Part shown: positions 1 to 13,400 of the stretch, piece after piece
Numbering within the stretch: position 1 is the first letter of the stretch
How the letters are laid out: each line of letters starts with the position of its first letter
Assembly: GCA_965113315.1 (NCBI GenBank)
Contig: OZ220372.1
Length of the DNA: 64,000 nucleotides
Strand: one strand, 5' to 3'
DNA from: Podarcis vaucheri
Taxonomy: Eukaryota
Translations under genes and position numbers: made by a program
The notes under the pieces: generated by a model
Told to the model about the DNA's origin: nothing
Database searches by the model: none
What the model saw: only the letters and a program-made list of their open reading frames with translations

Positions 1-1314
1 GTTCCAGTTTACTCCTAATGGGCTGTCCATCTGTCTATCTACTTACATGATTTCTATGCCACCCAATGACACAGTTTTCTAGACTGCTTACGATAAAACA
101 TTAAATGGCAATGGCATCCATCAGTCATCAATAAAACAACAAAAAAAGTCAGCGGTAGCAAGTAAAACACCAGAAGGTTTAAGCATCACTAAAGGCAGAT
201 CTAAGATTCAGTGGATTAAAAGGACAAAGATCTAAAAAACCCAGGAAGATAAGAATGTCTTCATCTGGCACTGAAAAGAATATAAGCAAGGCACCAGGCG
301 AGCATCTCTGGAGTGGCCATTCCATAACTTAGGGTGCCACCACTGAAAAGGCCCTTTCCACAGTAGTCAACAACTGCAGCTCACTTGGTGGGGGCAGCTG
401 GAGAAGGGCTTATTTATTTCAGTACATATAAACAGGAACACTGCTGTCAGGCCCATGGAGCAGCCCGGGGGGCCCTGCCAGGGACCAGCTGCCTTTTTGT
501 TTGAGTTTATGACTTTATTCCAACAAGACTCTCGCCCCAGGCCTCAGGGAAGCTCTGCACAAGCCTAACTGGTGTTAATATGTTTGCTCTTGCAAAATAA
601 ATTTTATAGAGTTAGGGATTTGGCATCAAATGTTATTTGTTTAAGTGACTAGAAACTATGTGCAGGGTTATGAAGGTAAGGAGGATTCTTGCCCTGCCTG
701 CTCTGGAGAGTTCACTCATGGGCCTTACTGCCGCAGTTCTGGTTTATCTCTTGTCAAGGCAGAAGGATATGGGTCAAAACTAGGGCAGGCATATGGTGGA
801 GTGTCTTTCATAGGGCCTTATTGGATTTCATATTCAGACATTACTCTAAAACCAGCTTTTTATATTTTTAAGCTTTTACATCTTAATGAAAGAACTCCAT
901 TCCACACAGGGAGCAGTTGCATTGCTACAGACAGTTTTTTATATAAAATACTAGAGAATGGCAGTTTGTGTGATATGGTGAGAAGGACTTGTTCCAATTT
1001 CTCAATTCTCTTTCCTTTCTTCTTGTCAGCTTCTGGTTCAGAAACTCTACACAAGCTCTGATAATACTATGAACATTCACCACCTGTCCTGAGGTGAACT
1101 CTATGTGCCAAGCTGGGATCTGTTCAGGTTCCTTCCTCCCATGAAGCACCAACACTTCTACACCCAGGCACAGATTAGATGTCTGCAACATTATTCAATC
1201 CTACTCTTTTCTCTATCCTCACACACACAACTTCTAATAAGTGCCGGTCTGTTTCCATTTCAAGATGTAATTCATTGGGACCAAAGACATATTTCCAACA
1301 AAGGCCCAAGTTAC

Positions 1315-1436
1315 CTTCATGATTCCATTCCAGTTATCACCAGTGGAGACCTGGAAAAGTGTGAGGAAGGCCATCCCAAAGTTCTCAAAGGTGGCATGAC
1401 GGCTCATACCCTCACAGGGGTTCTCGTCGTTGCAAA
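1315..1436 (-). CDS. CACNA1I: CACNA1I exon (~exon 31): [44 protein letters not shown] pore
   Basis: ctttccag|TT TGC...AAG|gtaact; 122 nt. Confidence 0.95.
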
Positions 1437-4400
1437 CTGGAAAGAAGTGATTTATAGGAGAAAAAGTGAACCATTGGCTATATTCCAGTGAAAGGCAAGA
1501 GATGAAAAAGCAGTTCTTTGTAATATTAATTGTAACTTTATATCCAAGTCCACATAAAAATAGCTTTTGCATACTGTTACTGGCCAACAAGCTGGAATGG
1601 CCAAAATGACAAAAATCTGATGAGTTCCCATATTTATCAGGATGCACACATGCATACACAAACAAATCTTGTTCTTGCAATATTTTATGTCAAGCTACTT
1701 TCCAAATGTCTGCCTTCCATTATTACATTTGGAAGATCCAAACTATATTCCTACATTACTTCTGGATGCTACTGTGCAAAAATGCTGTGTTTGCATTGCT
1801 CATTAAAACTGATGGCCTATTAGGATGCATAAGCTTCAGTCAGCAAATGTATTGGAGCCAGATGTTAGAGCCAGTGAGAGTGACAAAGTAAATGACTGAA
1901 TTTCTAATTCACTTAGTGATAACAGCTACAACTTCATCTAATGGTTGTTCAAGTGTTACATCCTCAAGACCTTAAATTTTGAGGAACTCCATGCTTCAGC
2001 CCAATAATTCCAAAAGGACTGGTCACAGTATATGGCAAGTGGGTGAATATATAAATAATATCTATCAATCCATCATTTTGGGATCAGAAGCCATGTCTCC
2101 AAGATTCCTGTGTGTACAGGAATCATCTATAATTTCTTCTTAAATAATAGAATAACGTATACAAGCTCATTTTCTGTATATGAAAGTAGGGCTGTGCCCT
2201 GGAATCATCCAAAGCCCAAATCCTAAAACAGATTGGGTCAATTTGGGCACAGCTGCGCTTCAGTTGAGTTGGGCTGAGATAGTCCTTGATCGCCCCAAGT
2301 GGGCATACCCAGAGGTACTTTTTTTAAAAAAACAATTCACTGGGGTAACTGTACGGAAAGCAACGGCCACCCATCTTTGAAATAAACTAACTGCAGGCAA
2401 CAAACCATGCAAGAGAAATTCCCTGTCATGATAGATTCTTGGAGATACTCAGAAATTCTGTTAATTGCTGGTTAATGTGGAAAAAATAACCCTAATGCAT
2501 GATGGGAATCCTCCATGCATCTTGTAACCCACCTCTGTGCTAGAAACTTACTGAGTTTCCCAAAGAGCTCCACTCCTAGAGCAGCATAGATGAAAAAAAG
2601 GAGCATGAAGAGCAGTCCAAGATTCCCCACCTAAGAAAAAAATCAAACATACAAACTGAAGTCAAGTCAAACTAATGAGTATGATACAAGCGTCACCAAG
2701 CTGAGACCTATGGGAATACAGAGCTGCCTAAATGTGGGGCTTGACAGTTCAGCAAGTGCAAAAGTGCAAAAGTTGCCATTTTGGGTGATCACCACTCAAT
2801 CCCCATTAGCGTAGCATGGGAGAAAACATACACACACACACCTCTGCCATTTGTGCTTCTTACAAATGATTCAGATAATCTATTCAATTTGTTGAAGGGA
2901 TGATGGCAGCCCCAAGTAGAGTGTGTTACAATAGTCTAACTGGGATGTAACTAAGACATGTTTTATTAAGGCCAGATCTGACATCTCATAGTAGAACCCC
3001 AAAGGTGGCTTAAAAAATATGCAGCAACAAATTAGAGAGTCTGAAAAATGCTACCAGATTCAACATGAGAAAAGGAGGCGACAATTTCAATTGTGGTATA
3101 TACTAAAAACACGTTGGAAATGAACAGTCTGAACCAGAAGTAGACAGTCTGAACTGGAAGTTGAAATTCAACAGAAAGCATCAAGAAAGCACACTCATCT
3201 TCAACTTGTTCTCCCTAAACTGAACTTGACTCAGAAGGTGTGACTGAAGGGTAGGATTCCTGGGTTCCTCCAAACAAGGTATGATGCAGGGAGCAGAGAC
3301 CACCACAATTGCATACCCAGGCGCATGTCAGTGGCCTAGTGAGGGGCCAACCATCGAATAACAAACAGGGTTGAAATAGGCTGCAACTTTTATTGATGAC
3401 TGATGCAAGTATGCTTATGCCAAGGCATTGGGTATGTATCTGGTATCAAGCAGCCAGCCTGCTGGTTGTTAAGTGTGTGTGTGTGTGTGTGTGTATGCAT
3501 GTCGACCCTAACTAGGGGGTCATCCCCTGACATGCACCAGGTGTTACAATCCTGCCATGGCCACTACTAAGAAGGGTGTTATGGTCCATTAGCCCCCATG
3601 TGGACTCTTGGACAAAAACACACCTTCCCGGACCCCTTTAATGGAGTATCTGAACAGCTAAGGATCCAACCTGGTGAGGTGCTGAGCATTTCCCCATGGC
3701 CACACAGGAGGGGTGGGGGGTGGGAATGAGATTACACCATGGCCAGGCTGGGCAGCAAATGCCCAATCAGAGGAGACTCCCTATCTGCCCACCCCTTCCC
3801 CAGCCAAAATCAGGCACTTCAATTCCACACTTCTGTAGTACACCTGGCTCACAGCATGGAAGGCTGACTACTACATGGTTTGCTAAGATTGTGTCTGAAA
3901 AACAAGAGGAGGAAAAAGGAAAGACATAAAGCAAAAGGTTATCAGGATGGAAAGGATTTAATTTTGAAGTACTTGTTCTGCCAGAGTTCATAGATCTTTG
4001 AGAATAATGATGTTATGGATAATTTGGTTGTCCCCTGAAGAGTCAATGTGCAGAATATGGAAACTCAACCCAATCACTTAAGTGCTGAAAATTTTATTAC
4101 TGCCTCGAGTGAACCCCCCCCCCATGCACTATGGCTTAAACTATGGCTTAATCTTTGCAGCCTCCACCATGCAACATTATTAAATGAAGCTGCCTTCTAA
4201 AGAAATAATGAAGTATTGTGCTTTCTAGGCTTTGCCGGTGCTTGAAGAACAACGCAGCACAAGTTCTTCAGAGAGGGAAACAGGCCTTCAGATGCAGATA
4301 AATTGAAGACACTGTTTTGCAATGATTCTCACCCTGCCTGAGAATGTAGGTGCAGCCTTGGGTGGATGCTACTCCCTGGGCCTGGAATGCTGTAAGGTGC

Positions 4401-7400
4401 CACCTTGTCCCCAATGCCTTTAAACATCTATATGCAGCCACAGGCAGAGAACATTAACCATTCTGGAGTGCAGTGTCACTGGAGTGCTGATGCCCCCTGG
4501 CTAACACCAAACCTAATGCCAGCAGTCAAGAGTCCTAACTTGGATGCAGTTATTATCTGGATGCAGATGAACTAACTGAAGTTGAATCCTGAAAAGATAG
4601 GGCGATGATGGCAGGCAGTCCAAGGGACCCAAACACAGGGAGTATGTGTGCCTCTTCTGGATAGTGCTGCACTCACCTGGAAAAAGTAAATGTACTGCCT
4701 GGTGCTGCTCATGGGTGCCCAAGTGGTGGCAGTGGTTAGGAATGCCTTTAACTGATTAAGCTGGTTGCATCCCCTCCTTGATGACAGAGACTTGGCCACA
4801 CTCATCTATGCCCTAGTAATTTCAATGATAGATTACTGCAAAATGTTATATATAGTAAAAAATAAATATATCTGATTTTGAACCCCCCACCTCACGATGT
4901 GGTAACGTCAGTATTTTTATGAAGAGCAATAGTTTCACACAAGTGGGGTTTAAAACACCACTGATGAGCCCTTTCCTCCTGAAGGCTGTACTCTTGGGGG
5001 AGGGGAGAATCTGTCAGCAGCTGCATGCAAAAAGTGAGTGGAGCCCAGAGCCACAGCCCTGGGCTCCACCCACTCAAACACTTCCCCTTCTTCTAAGCAA
5101 CTGAAGGGTTTTACCACACCAGGAACAGTGTGATGCTGACCTCTGAACATCTAAAACTCATCGCCTCTGTAGCGTAACTCCCTCATTTGTAAATGATAAA
5201 AAGTGGGTATGTGTTCTCAGTGTAAGAAAACAAGGGATTCTTGTTTGCACAGACATAGCAGCAGGCAGAAGGCAAGAATTCTACAGAATTGTAGAGTTAT
5301 AATCCGGAGTACAATTAAAAAAGTGCTACAAGTTGCATCAGATAGCAGTGCACTGGAGGCAAGAATGTGATATCATGCACAAGTCTCATGTGTAACAATT
5401 CGAGATAAAGTTTCAAGCTCACCTCATTCACACAAAGAGATAATCAAATAACCAACCAACAGACAAACACATGTTCATATTTTTTTATAGACAAGATAGA
5501 AGATAGCTGCTTCGGTAAGCCCTCTTGGATGCCATTATTCATTCTTTGGCAATTATCTCCTAAGAACCAAAGTGTATGTGTAATCCCCGTTTCCCAAGCC
5601 ACTCATCCATCAAGTGGAATTCTGTCAGTCTGCTCCTGGCTTGATACCCATGGGAATCGAGTGGTGGGCAGTGGAAACATCAATACTGAGTATTTCTCTT
5701 GAGCAGCTGCCTTTTGCAAGTCATGCAAATCCCCCTATCCAGCTGCTGCCTTTCAGGTGACATTTCACTACATGCAAAGATGGAGGAGGCATTATTTCTC
5801 ATGGGACAGGAGACTTGATAAACGATCAGGCATTCGACAGGAGAATGGAAAATGGAGAAGGAAGAGTGAGAGCCAGAGTTAGTCAGGCCCATTTTTAGTC
5901 TTTGTTTAAAAACAAACAAACAAACCCCAAGCACAGTATTTTTATTTGATGCTCCCACTTTACAGTTACACGAAAAAAATTAAAAGAGAAATAAGAAAGG
6001 GATTATTTATATATTTTAAAAAATGGAACCGCTGCTCATAGTGTTTAAACATTCTTAACATCCTCTGGCACTTGAGTTCAAAGAGGAGAGGAGGTTTGGG
6101 GCTTTTTGTAAATTAAGAACATGAGAATGTAAGAAGAGCCAATGGCCCGTCTACTCCAACATCCTGTTCTTGCAGTGGCCAACCAGATGCCTGTGGAAAA
6201 CCCCTAAGCAGGACCTGAGGACAACAGCACTTGGCCTTCCTGTGGTTTCTTGCAACAGGTATTCATTGCTGCCTCTAACTATGGAGGCAGAGCATAGCCA
6301 TCATGGCAAGTAGCCATCAACAACCTTCTCTCTCTCATGCATTTAAGTTGGTGGCAGATACTGCCTCCTATAGGAGCAAGGTCTATAGTCTAGCCATGTG
6401 AGATGCATAGTTGGCAATGTGGGGAACCATTCTAGCTCCCCAGCAGCTTCCTAGCTGGCCTTCAAAACAGTCACAGATCCCATCAACCCTTGATGACTAT
6501 TTATTTATTACATGTTATGTCTTGCCTTTTCCCATCATGAAACTCAAGGCAGGGTACATGAGGTTCTAAACTGGCCTCCCATACAGGGACCACTGACCAG
6601 ACCTAGACCTTCTCACTCAATACATGAGTTATAGGAAATGGAAGTAAAGGACTGAAGTGTCCCTTGCCGTCAATTTGAGAGTGTGTTATGCCACATTTAA
6701 ACTCCCATGGAGGAGATGAGAAGGAAGCAGCTTGAAGCATCTTTCTGAGGTAGGAAAAGGGCTAAGACCTCCTTGCCTTGCCAGTTCTCAGTCTTGTTTG
6801 CCTCTCTGAATATTGGACATGGCCTTCCCTATTTCAAATGGGACGTCCAGGTGATATAACATGAAGAGTCTATTTTGGCCCCAGTAATATTATTTTTCAA
6901 AATCTGGTTTTCAGCCCTTATGGTTGGAGAAAAATGTCTGACAATGTGGTGGTAGATATTGCCAAAGGTCCTGAAAACAAAAATGGCCATAGGCAGTGTC
7001 TTTTGACACACCAGTCACTGCCAAAATATTTCCAGTTCTGAGAATAGTGAAATCAGAATGAATGATGCCAAATTAAATACGATTCTGCATTTTTGCATTA
7101 TTTACTTTGAGCACCAAAAGCATGCATTGTTAATATAGAGTACATCCAGCCAAGGGCATAGTGAGATAAACAAAACAAACAAACAAAAAAGAAAGAAACA
7201 AAAGGAAGAAAGAAAGAAGAAAGAAAGAAAAAGGAAAATAGGAGTAAGATCATTTAACACAGTGTAAAAGCACTGTGTTCAATGAGGCTAAAAGGGGTAA
7301 AAGTATCTAAGGGGATAAAGAGCTAATTACCTGAATATTGTTTCTTTTCCTGAAGTGTGAAATGAAAGTCAGTGGAGCTAATGGACGGAAGCATAGCTGA

Positions 7401-10400
7401 GCAATTGTAGTGTTTTGGCAAGTGGCAAGCCTACTGAATCAGTGTGATTGAAACTTGCAATCTGCACAGTGCTGAAGCAGATCATTGCTGATCCAAGGGT
7501 TCTCTGCTGTCATGGGTATTTGGAGTTACCATCATTATTTTTACACAATTGTTGCTGTCTCCTTCCTGCCTCATGTAGTGATTCAGTGAGAGTGCCTGGA
7601 CTAATGGTAATGATCCCAGCTGACCAATGGGTGTGAGAGTTGCAGGCATGTCAGTCTCCCACAAAAGCACTATGATTTCCCAGATAAAGCTGACAGGTGG
7701 AAGTATATATAAGATACAAAATGGAGAATATAATATCAGACCCCATTTGCTGATAAAGAGCTCTTAAAAAGTTTGCAAACTTACTGTTTCAGATATTTGT
7801 TTTTAATTAGTGAACTTGAATCTTAAGTCTTATTATTTTTGGTTAGTAAACTTACAAATTCATATACAAGTTGGCCAGTAGAAAATATCACTTCATCCGT
7901 CTTGGGCTTCTAACCTTCCTTTTTAAAATAAGTATCAGATATCTTATTTGTAGAAAAGAATGTGGGAGCGGCGATACCAACCGCTCATCCAAAAGGCAGA
8001 AGATAAAATAACTGTGCTTTCAGTATTTCAGAATTTCTAACATGTACAATGCAGTCACAGGAAGGCTTACTCAGAAGGAAGTCCCACTGTGCATAGTGGA
8101 GCTTACTCCTCAATAAGTATGTTTGGGAGTTCAGCCTTGGGCTGTACAATTCTACACTCCCATACTTGGGAGCAAGTCCTCTTGAATGCAGTGGAATTTA
8201 TTTCTGAATAAATAAGCTTGGGTTGGGCTGTCAGGACTGTTGGCAGCTAAGGCCTATTTTCTTTCCCCCTCAGGAATGGCAGCCTCAGCCCATCTCCTAA
8301 TTAAACATTTTGCACTCTTAAATAAATAAATAAAAAAACTAGTGCAAAATCCTCTGTAAAAAGAAATGGCTTCATTTACCTGCGGCAGTGCTTGCACAAC
8401 TGTGTCCAGTAATGCTCGCATCCCAGTCGCCATCTTCAGGAGCTTCAAAACTGTCATGGGGGGGAAAGCAAAGTGGGTGGCTTTTCACACAGGATCAGCA
8501 CACCAAGCAATGGTCCTGTTGCTGGTTTTTCGCCCCAATCTGTCTGATTAGAGAACACTCCTGCCAACATCTCATCTTCTTCTCCCCACCACCCAGTCTC
8601 TTTTTCTCAGCCACTTGCCTCCTCTCCATTTAACCCCTTCTGTTTCTGAAATGATAGTTCCCAGTAATTATGGTGCCCTCGCCACTATACTGATGAGCAT
8701 ACTCTCTTCGGTACCAGAATTCAGAGGATTCTTACCAAGGACCAAAATTGCAACACCAGTGCCCTTGGCATTCTCAGTGGTCCTGTGCAGCCTAACAAAG
8801 GTTGCAGCAGCCCAGCCGTACTTCTCATTGATTTGGGTGTCACCAGGTAAATGTCAGAGGGAATAGGTCCCCACACTAATTACTATAGGGGCCTGGGTTC
8901 TGGAGATGTTTGGCTCAAGTTGTAATTAGCCCATACATGGCTAACTGGGGAAGTTCGTGCTCTAAACATCTCCAGTTCTGAACTCTGGCAGCATCACTTG
9001 CACAGGTACATGTGAATGTCTGGCAGTATGTCTGGCAAAGTCCCAGTTAGTTGAGTGTTACTCAGTTGTCACCACGTGAGAAAGCAGCTCTGCTCAAGTT
9101 CATAGTTCTGTGGAAAACTCAGAACACTGGAAACTTGCATGGTGTTAAGTAGAGCCCTGCTACACATGCTGAAGAGTCACATTGGATAAGCATGGTAGGA
9201 GAAAGATGCCAGAATGACTGCATCTGTGTGGCTCTTGCACACACACAGAAGATGACAAATTTCACAAGCATCAGGGGCATGTGAGGCCCAACATATGATT
9301 TAGCACAGAGACTCCAAGTTGCTTAGTCTTCCCCAGTCTAGTCTCCTACTAATACATTAGGAACATAGGAATATAGGAAGACCATCGGTACATCTAGCTC
9401 AATACTGTCTACTAACTGGACATGGTTCTCCAGGGTTTCAGGCAAGGAGTCCTTCTCAACCTTGTTGGGGGGTGCCAAGGATAGAAACTGGGGCCTTCGG
9501 CATGCAAAGCGTATGCTCTACCACTGAGCCACAGCCCTTCCTCATCCTTCTTGAAACACGCCTATTGGTCAGTCTGTGCTCTGTAGCTCCCTCTGTAGCT
9601 CACCTCGGGCAATACGCAGCACTCTCATGATACGGATGATGGTGGGGTTGATGGGAAGGGCAGCATTTATTTCAATCTCCTCAAGTGTGATGCCCATGAC
9701 TGAGAGCAGAACAATGGCCAGGTCCAGTTGGTTCCACCTTTAAAAGATGGGAATCAATTTATTCCATAAATGACACACTTTCAAAATAGGCACAGCTTAT
9801 CAACAAGTTATTTGTAATGCTGTACTTATCAAAGGTTCCATTTTTTTTAAAAAAAGGAACAAAACATGCAAATCTGTGTTTGCTAATTAAATAAATGAGC
9901 ATGCCAATTAAGCAAACGGACATCCTTTATTTTGGCTGTTCTGTTTGCTTGGATGAGAATTTATATTTGCATGGCATTTGATTATTATTTGGCAGGTGGG
10001 GAGGCACATTTTTTAAATATGATACATCAAAATGCTTTATACTGATTCAATATTGTTCACTTTGATTGGCAGCAGCATTCCCCACCCCAATATCTTAGAT
10101 TCTTTAACTGGACTGAATAATTTGGGACATGGTAAGTGTGTCCCTGAGCAATGGTGACTAGGGAAGGAGCTAAGAGATAAATAGAAGACAAACACTTTAT
10201 AAAGGCAAAGTGGTGGCCAAGCTGGTGGGAAATGACTGGAGAGTTTCACTGAGTGAAGGAATGCCTTGATATCCATGTTATCTGTATTTCCTTCTAAGGA
10301 AAGAGGCTTCCTTCTAAGCCAACTTACTCCAATCTGGCACCCTCCAGCTGTTTTAGACTACTGCTCCCATCAGCCCCAACCAACATGACCAATGGTCATA

Positions 10401-13400
10401 GATGATGGGAGCCAGAAACTAAAACTCCCAGAGGGTACCGAGTGAGGAAGGGTGCCTTAAGCATTACTTTGTAAAAATGTCCGTGGTCAGAGTCCCCTCT
10501 CCCCAAATTCATGCTAATTCAAATACAGTAGTTCAGGTAGTGAATGGTATTCCAAACACAGAATGTGTCACCTCTGATCTTCTGTGTGCCACAGGGTATG
10601 ACTCACGTTCTTTCCGGCTCACCTGTCTTTGAAGAAGCGTCTCAGCCCAAAGGCTACAAGCTTCAAAACCGCTTCCAGGACAAACACAGTGGTGAACATG
10701 TAGTTGCAGTACTTGAGGGCAGTCTCCAGAGACTAGGAATTGAAAGAAAAGGGAACATTAATGTCATCAAGTTCCCTGACTGGTCTGTGAGAATCAAAAG
10801 GAGGAAGGTGTGGAAGCACACTTACTGGTTTTGAGCACATGCGCAATCGCCTCTCCTAGACTGAGTTCAGGAAAGCTGTTTGCAGCAAACCCACCAGTTT
10901 GTAGCAAATGCTAATGCGTACAAGCACTATCTGACTAGTCCTTGTGTCAGTGATAACTCCCCTTTCCTCAGAGCAATTTTCCAAAAGTAACCTCTCCCAC
11001 TTTAAACAAAACGCTGAACAAATGACTACCCTAAGATACACTGGAGATCACATTTGGGGTAGAAAACTACCCCATAAAAAGGGCTCAACGGACACCGTCT
11101 GCCCTCTGAAAAAGAAAAAGAGAGTGATGGAGGCAGGGAAAGACAACATCTGGCTGGGGAACCATAATAATGATAATTATAACTTTAGGGCTTGCCAAGT
11201 CTGACTGTCTCCTCCACTGCAGTGCTGATTTTACATTTATATAATTTGATTGCTTTAATATTTCAAAAACGTAAACAGTCTTGGGTGCCTTGGCAGAAAG
11301 GCGGTATATAAATGCAACAAATAAACAAATAGGAAGCATCCAATAACATAACATGCATTTAAAACATGTTCCCCACCCCAAAGATTCCTGAGAACTGGAG
11401 TTTGTTAAGGATGCTGAGAATTGCAGCTCTGTGAGGGGTAAACTATGGTTTCCAGGATTCGGAGGGGGGGGAGGAGTCATGTGTTTTAAGTGTATTGTGT
11501 GTGTGCAGGCAAAGTGGACATCCCACCTGGTTCATGGGGTGACAAGGAAAACACAGCCAAAAATTAATTTGGGAGCTGAACATATGTGAGGTCTAGTGAA
11601 GGCAGGAGAAAGCAGTGTTCCTTGTAGGAGAAAAACCTACCTCTGCTACTCTTTACAAATATATCTACATATTTCTAGGATTCTTGAATACTGAGCTACC
11701 AAAAGACTATGTCTGCAGCAGTATACCTCAAGTATCTTAACATTTAGTTCCTTTCTGTTTTGTTCCTTGCTGAGAAGATTTGCATGTTTCAACCTTGTTT
11801 ACAGTTCATACACGATTCATTCTTCCATGATGACTGGCTGGTCTTTTATTGTTTCTGTAGCAGCTTTCCATGGCTTAAAAAACCCCAAACAAGAAATGCC
11901 AAATTTTGCACAGCCATGTAAATGCCTCTTACCTACATTGCTGCTATGTGAACCCCCCCTTTTTTGTGTGAGAGGGGAATCTTTGAGGACATGTCTTTTG
12001 AAGGGGCTGCAAAACAAATGGTCTGTACAATATCTCCCCAGATCTGAAGAGGAAGCCCTAGCAACTACCATGGCTCCTGATGTGGTGACCTAGGAAAGGG
12101 TCTGTGGTGGCCTTCTTGGTTATAAAGTTCCCTCCCTGTGAAAATGCTGTGGTCCTCTTAATGGATGACTTTTTGCCAACATCTCTCTTTGGGCAGGCAT
12201 TCAGGAGAAGAGTGTTAAAGCTCACTTAATGCACCTGGATTCTGTTGGGATTTTTATCCACCAAGCTGTCTAGCAAGTAGCACTATGTTGTTTATATCAA
12301 GTGAGTGTCTGAGAGTGTGAAACTGGAAGCCTCAGTACTGTTGGAAGTTAGTTTCACTTCTCTGTGTTAGGCTGTTCTGTACTGATGCTGAGAGAGCACA
12401 GATGTGCTGATGGATTCTTTGTATATGGACTGTAAATAAAGTAGTTTTAGAGCTACTAATTGACTTTTTCTTCTGTTATGAGATACCAAAAGATGAGTGT
12501 GCTCCTCTCAGGAAGGAGGGGTCGCTTATCACCGATCTCTGTGGACTGAGGAAGATTTACAGCCAGAGGGTGACCACCAGAGAGACGTCTTGGGAAGGTG
12601 GTGGCCTTCCCAGGCGTTTTTCCAACAGATTCCCCCAAAGAATCCTGGGGACACTAATTTACACCTCACCGTGCTACATTTCCTAGCACACTTAACAAAC
12701 TACAGTTCCCTGAATGTGCTTTAAATGTATGGTGTGGATGAACTGTTAAGAGAGTTGATTTGCTATACATGTACTTGGTTTAATGCTTTTGCTTATTGGT
12801 TCGATGTATTTGTGATATGCTTATTTCATTGTTGTCTACTGCTCTGTGATCCTGCAGGGTGAAAGCTGGGTTAGAAGTATTAATGATGGTGATGATGATT
12901 ATTATTTCAGGGGGAAAACAGTAGTACTGAAAACAACACTGGAGAAGGGGGCTCACAGGCACTTGAGAGAAGAAACAGGTTGGCCAGGGCAGTGGCTGTA
13001 GCTCTAAGGGCTTGCTCTAAGGGATGCTGTGGTAAGACTGCACCCTTGTTTCTGAAGTATTAATCTCATCACAAATATGTTGTAGTAGAGTTTAAACCAG
13101 GACAGGACTTGGTATTAGATGCAGGCTTATGAGTCATACTGCATTCCATGGAAATGAGTCATGTTGCATTCTGTGCCACAGGGCTATCAAGCTATGCTTC
13201 TGCTCTGAACAATCTCTGTTCATCTGAACGATTGTATCGTTGGAAGGTGGGTGGTATGAAAGGGATCCAAACATCATTACACACCACTTCTGGCATCAGT
13301 ACCGTGGGACAGCTTTCACAAATTAACTGATCAGTAAATAAATGAGGGGTCTCCAAAGAGAACAATCTATGGGCTACAGCTCTTCATCTTTTTTGAGGAA

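Noticed and set aside
645-1191. Overlapping ORFs, including a 138-aa + strand ORF
   Set aside because: No recognisable domain or splice support; lies in probable LTR-like intronic sequence whose ends I could not define.
3239-3930. Possible solo LTR
   Set aside because: LTR-like composition, but no matching terminus or TSD could be fixed.
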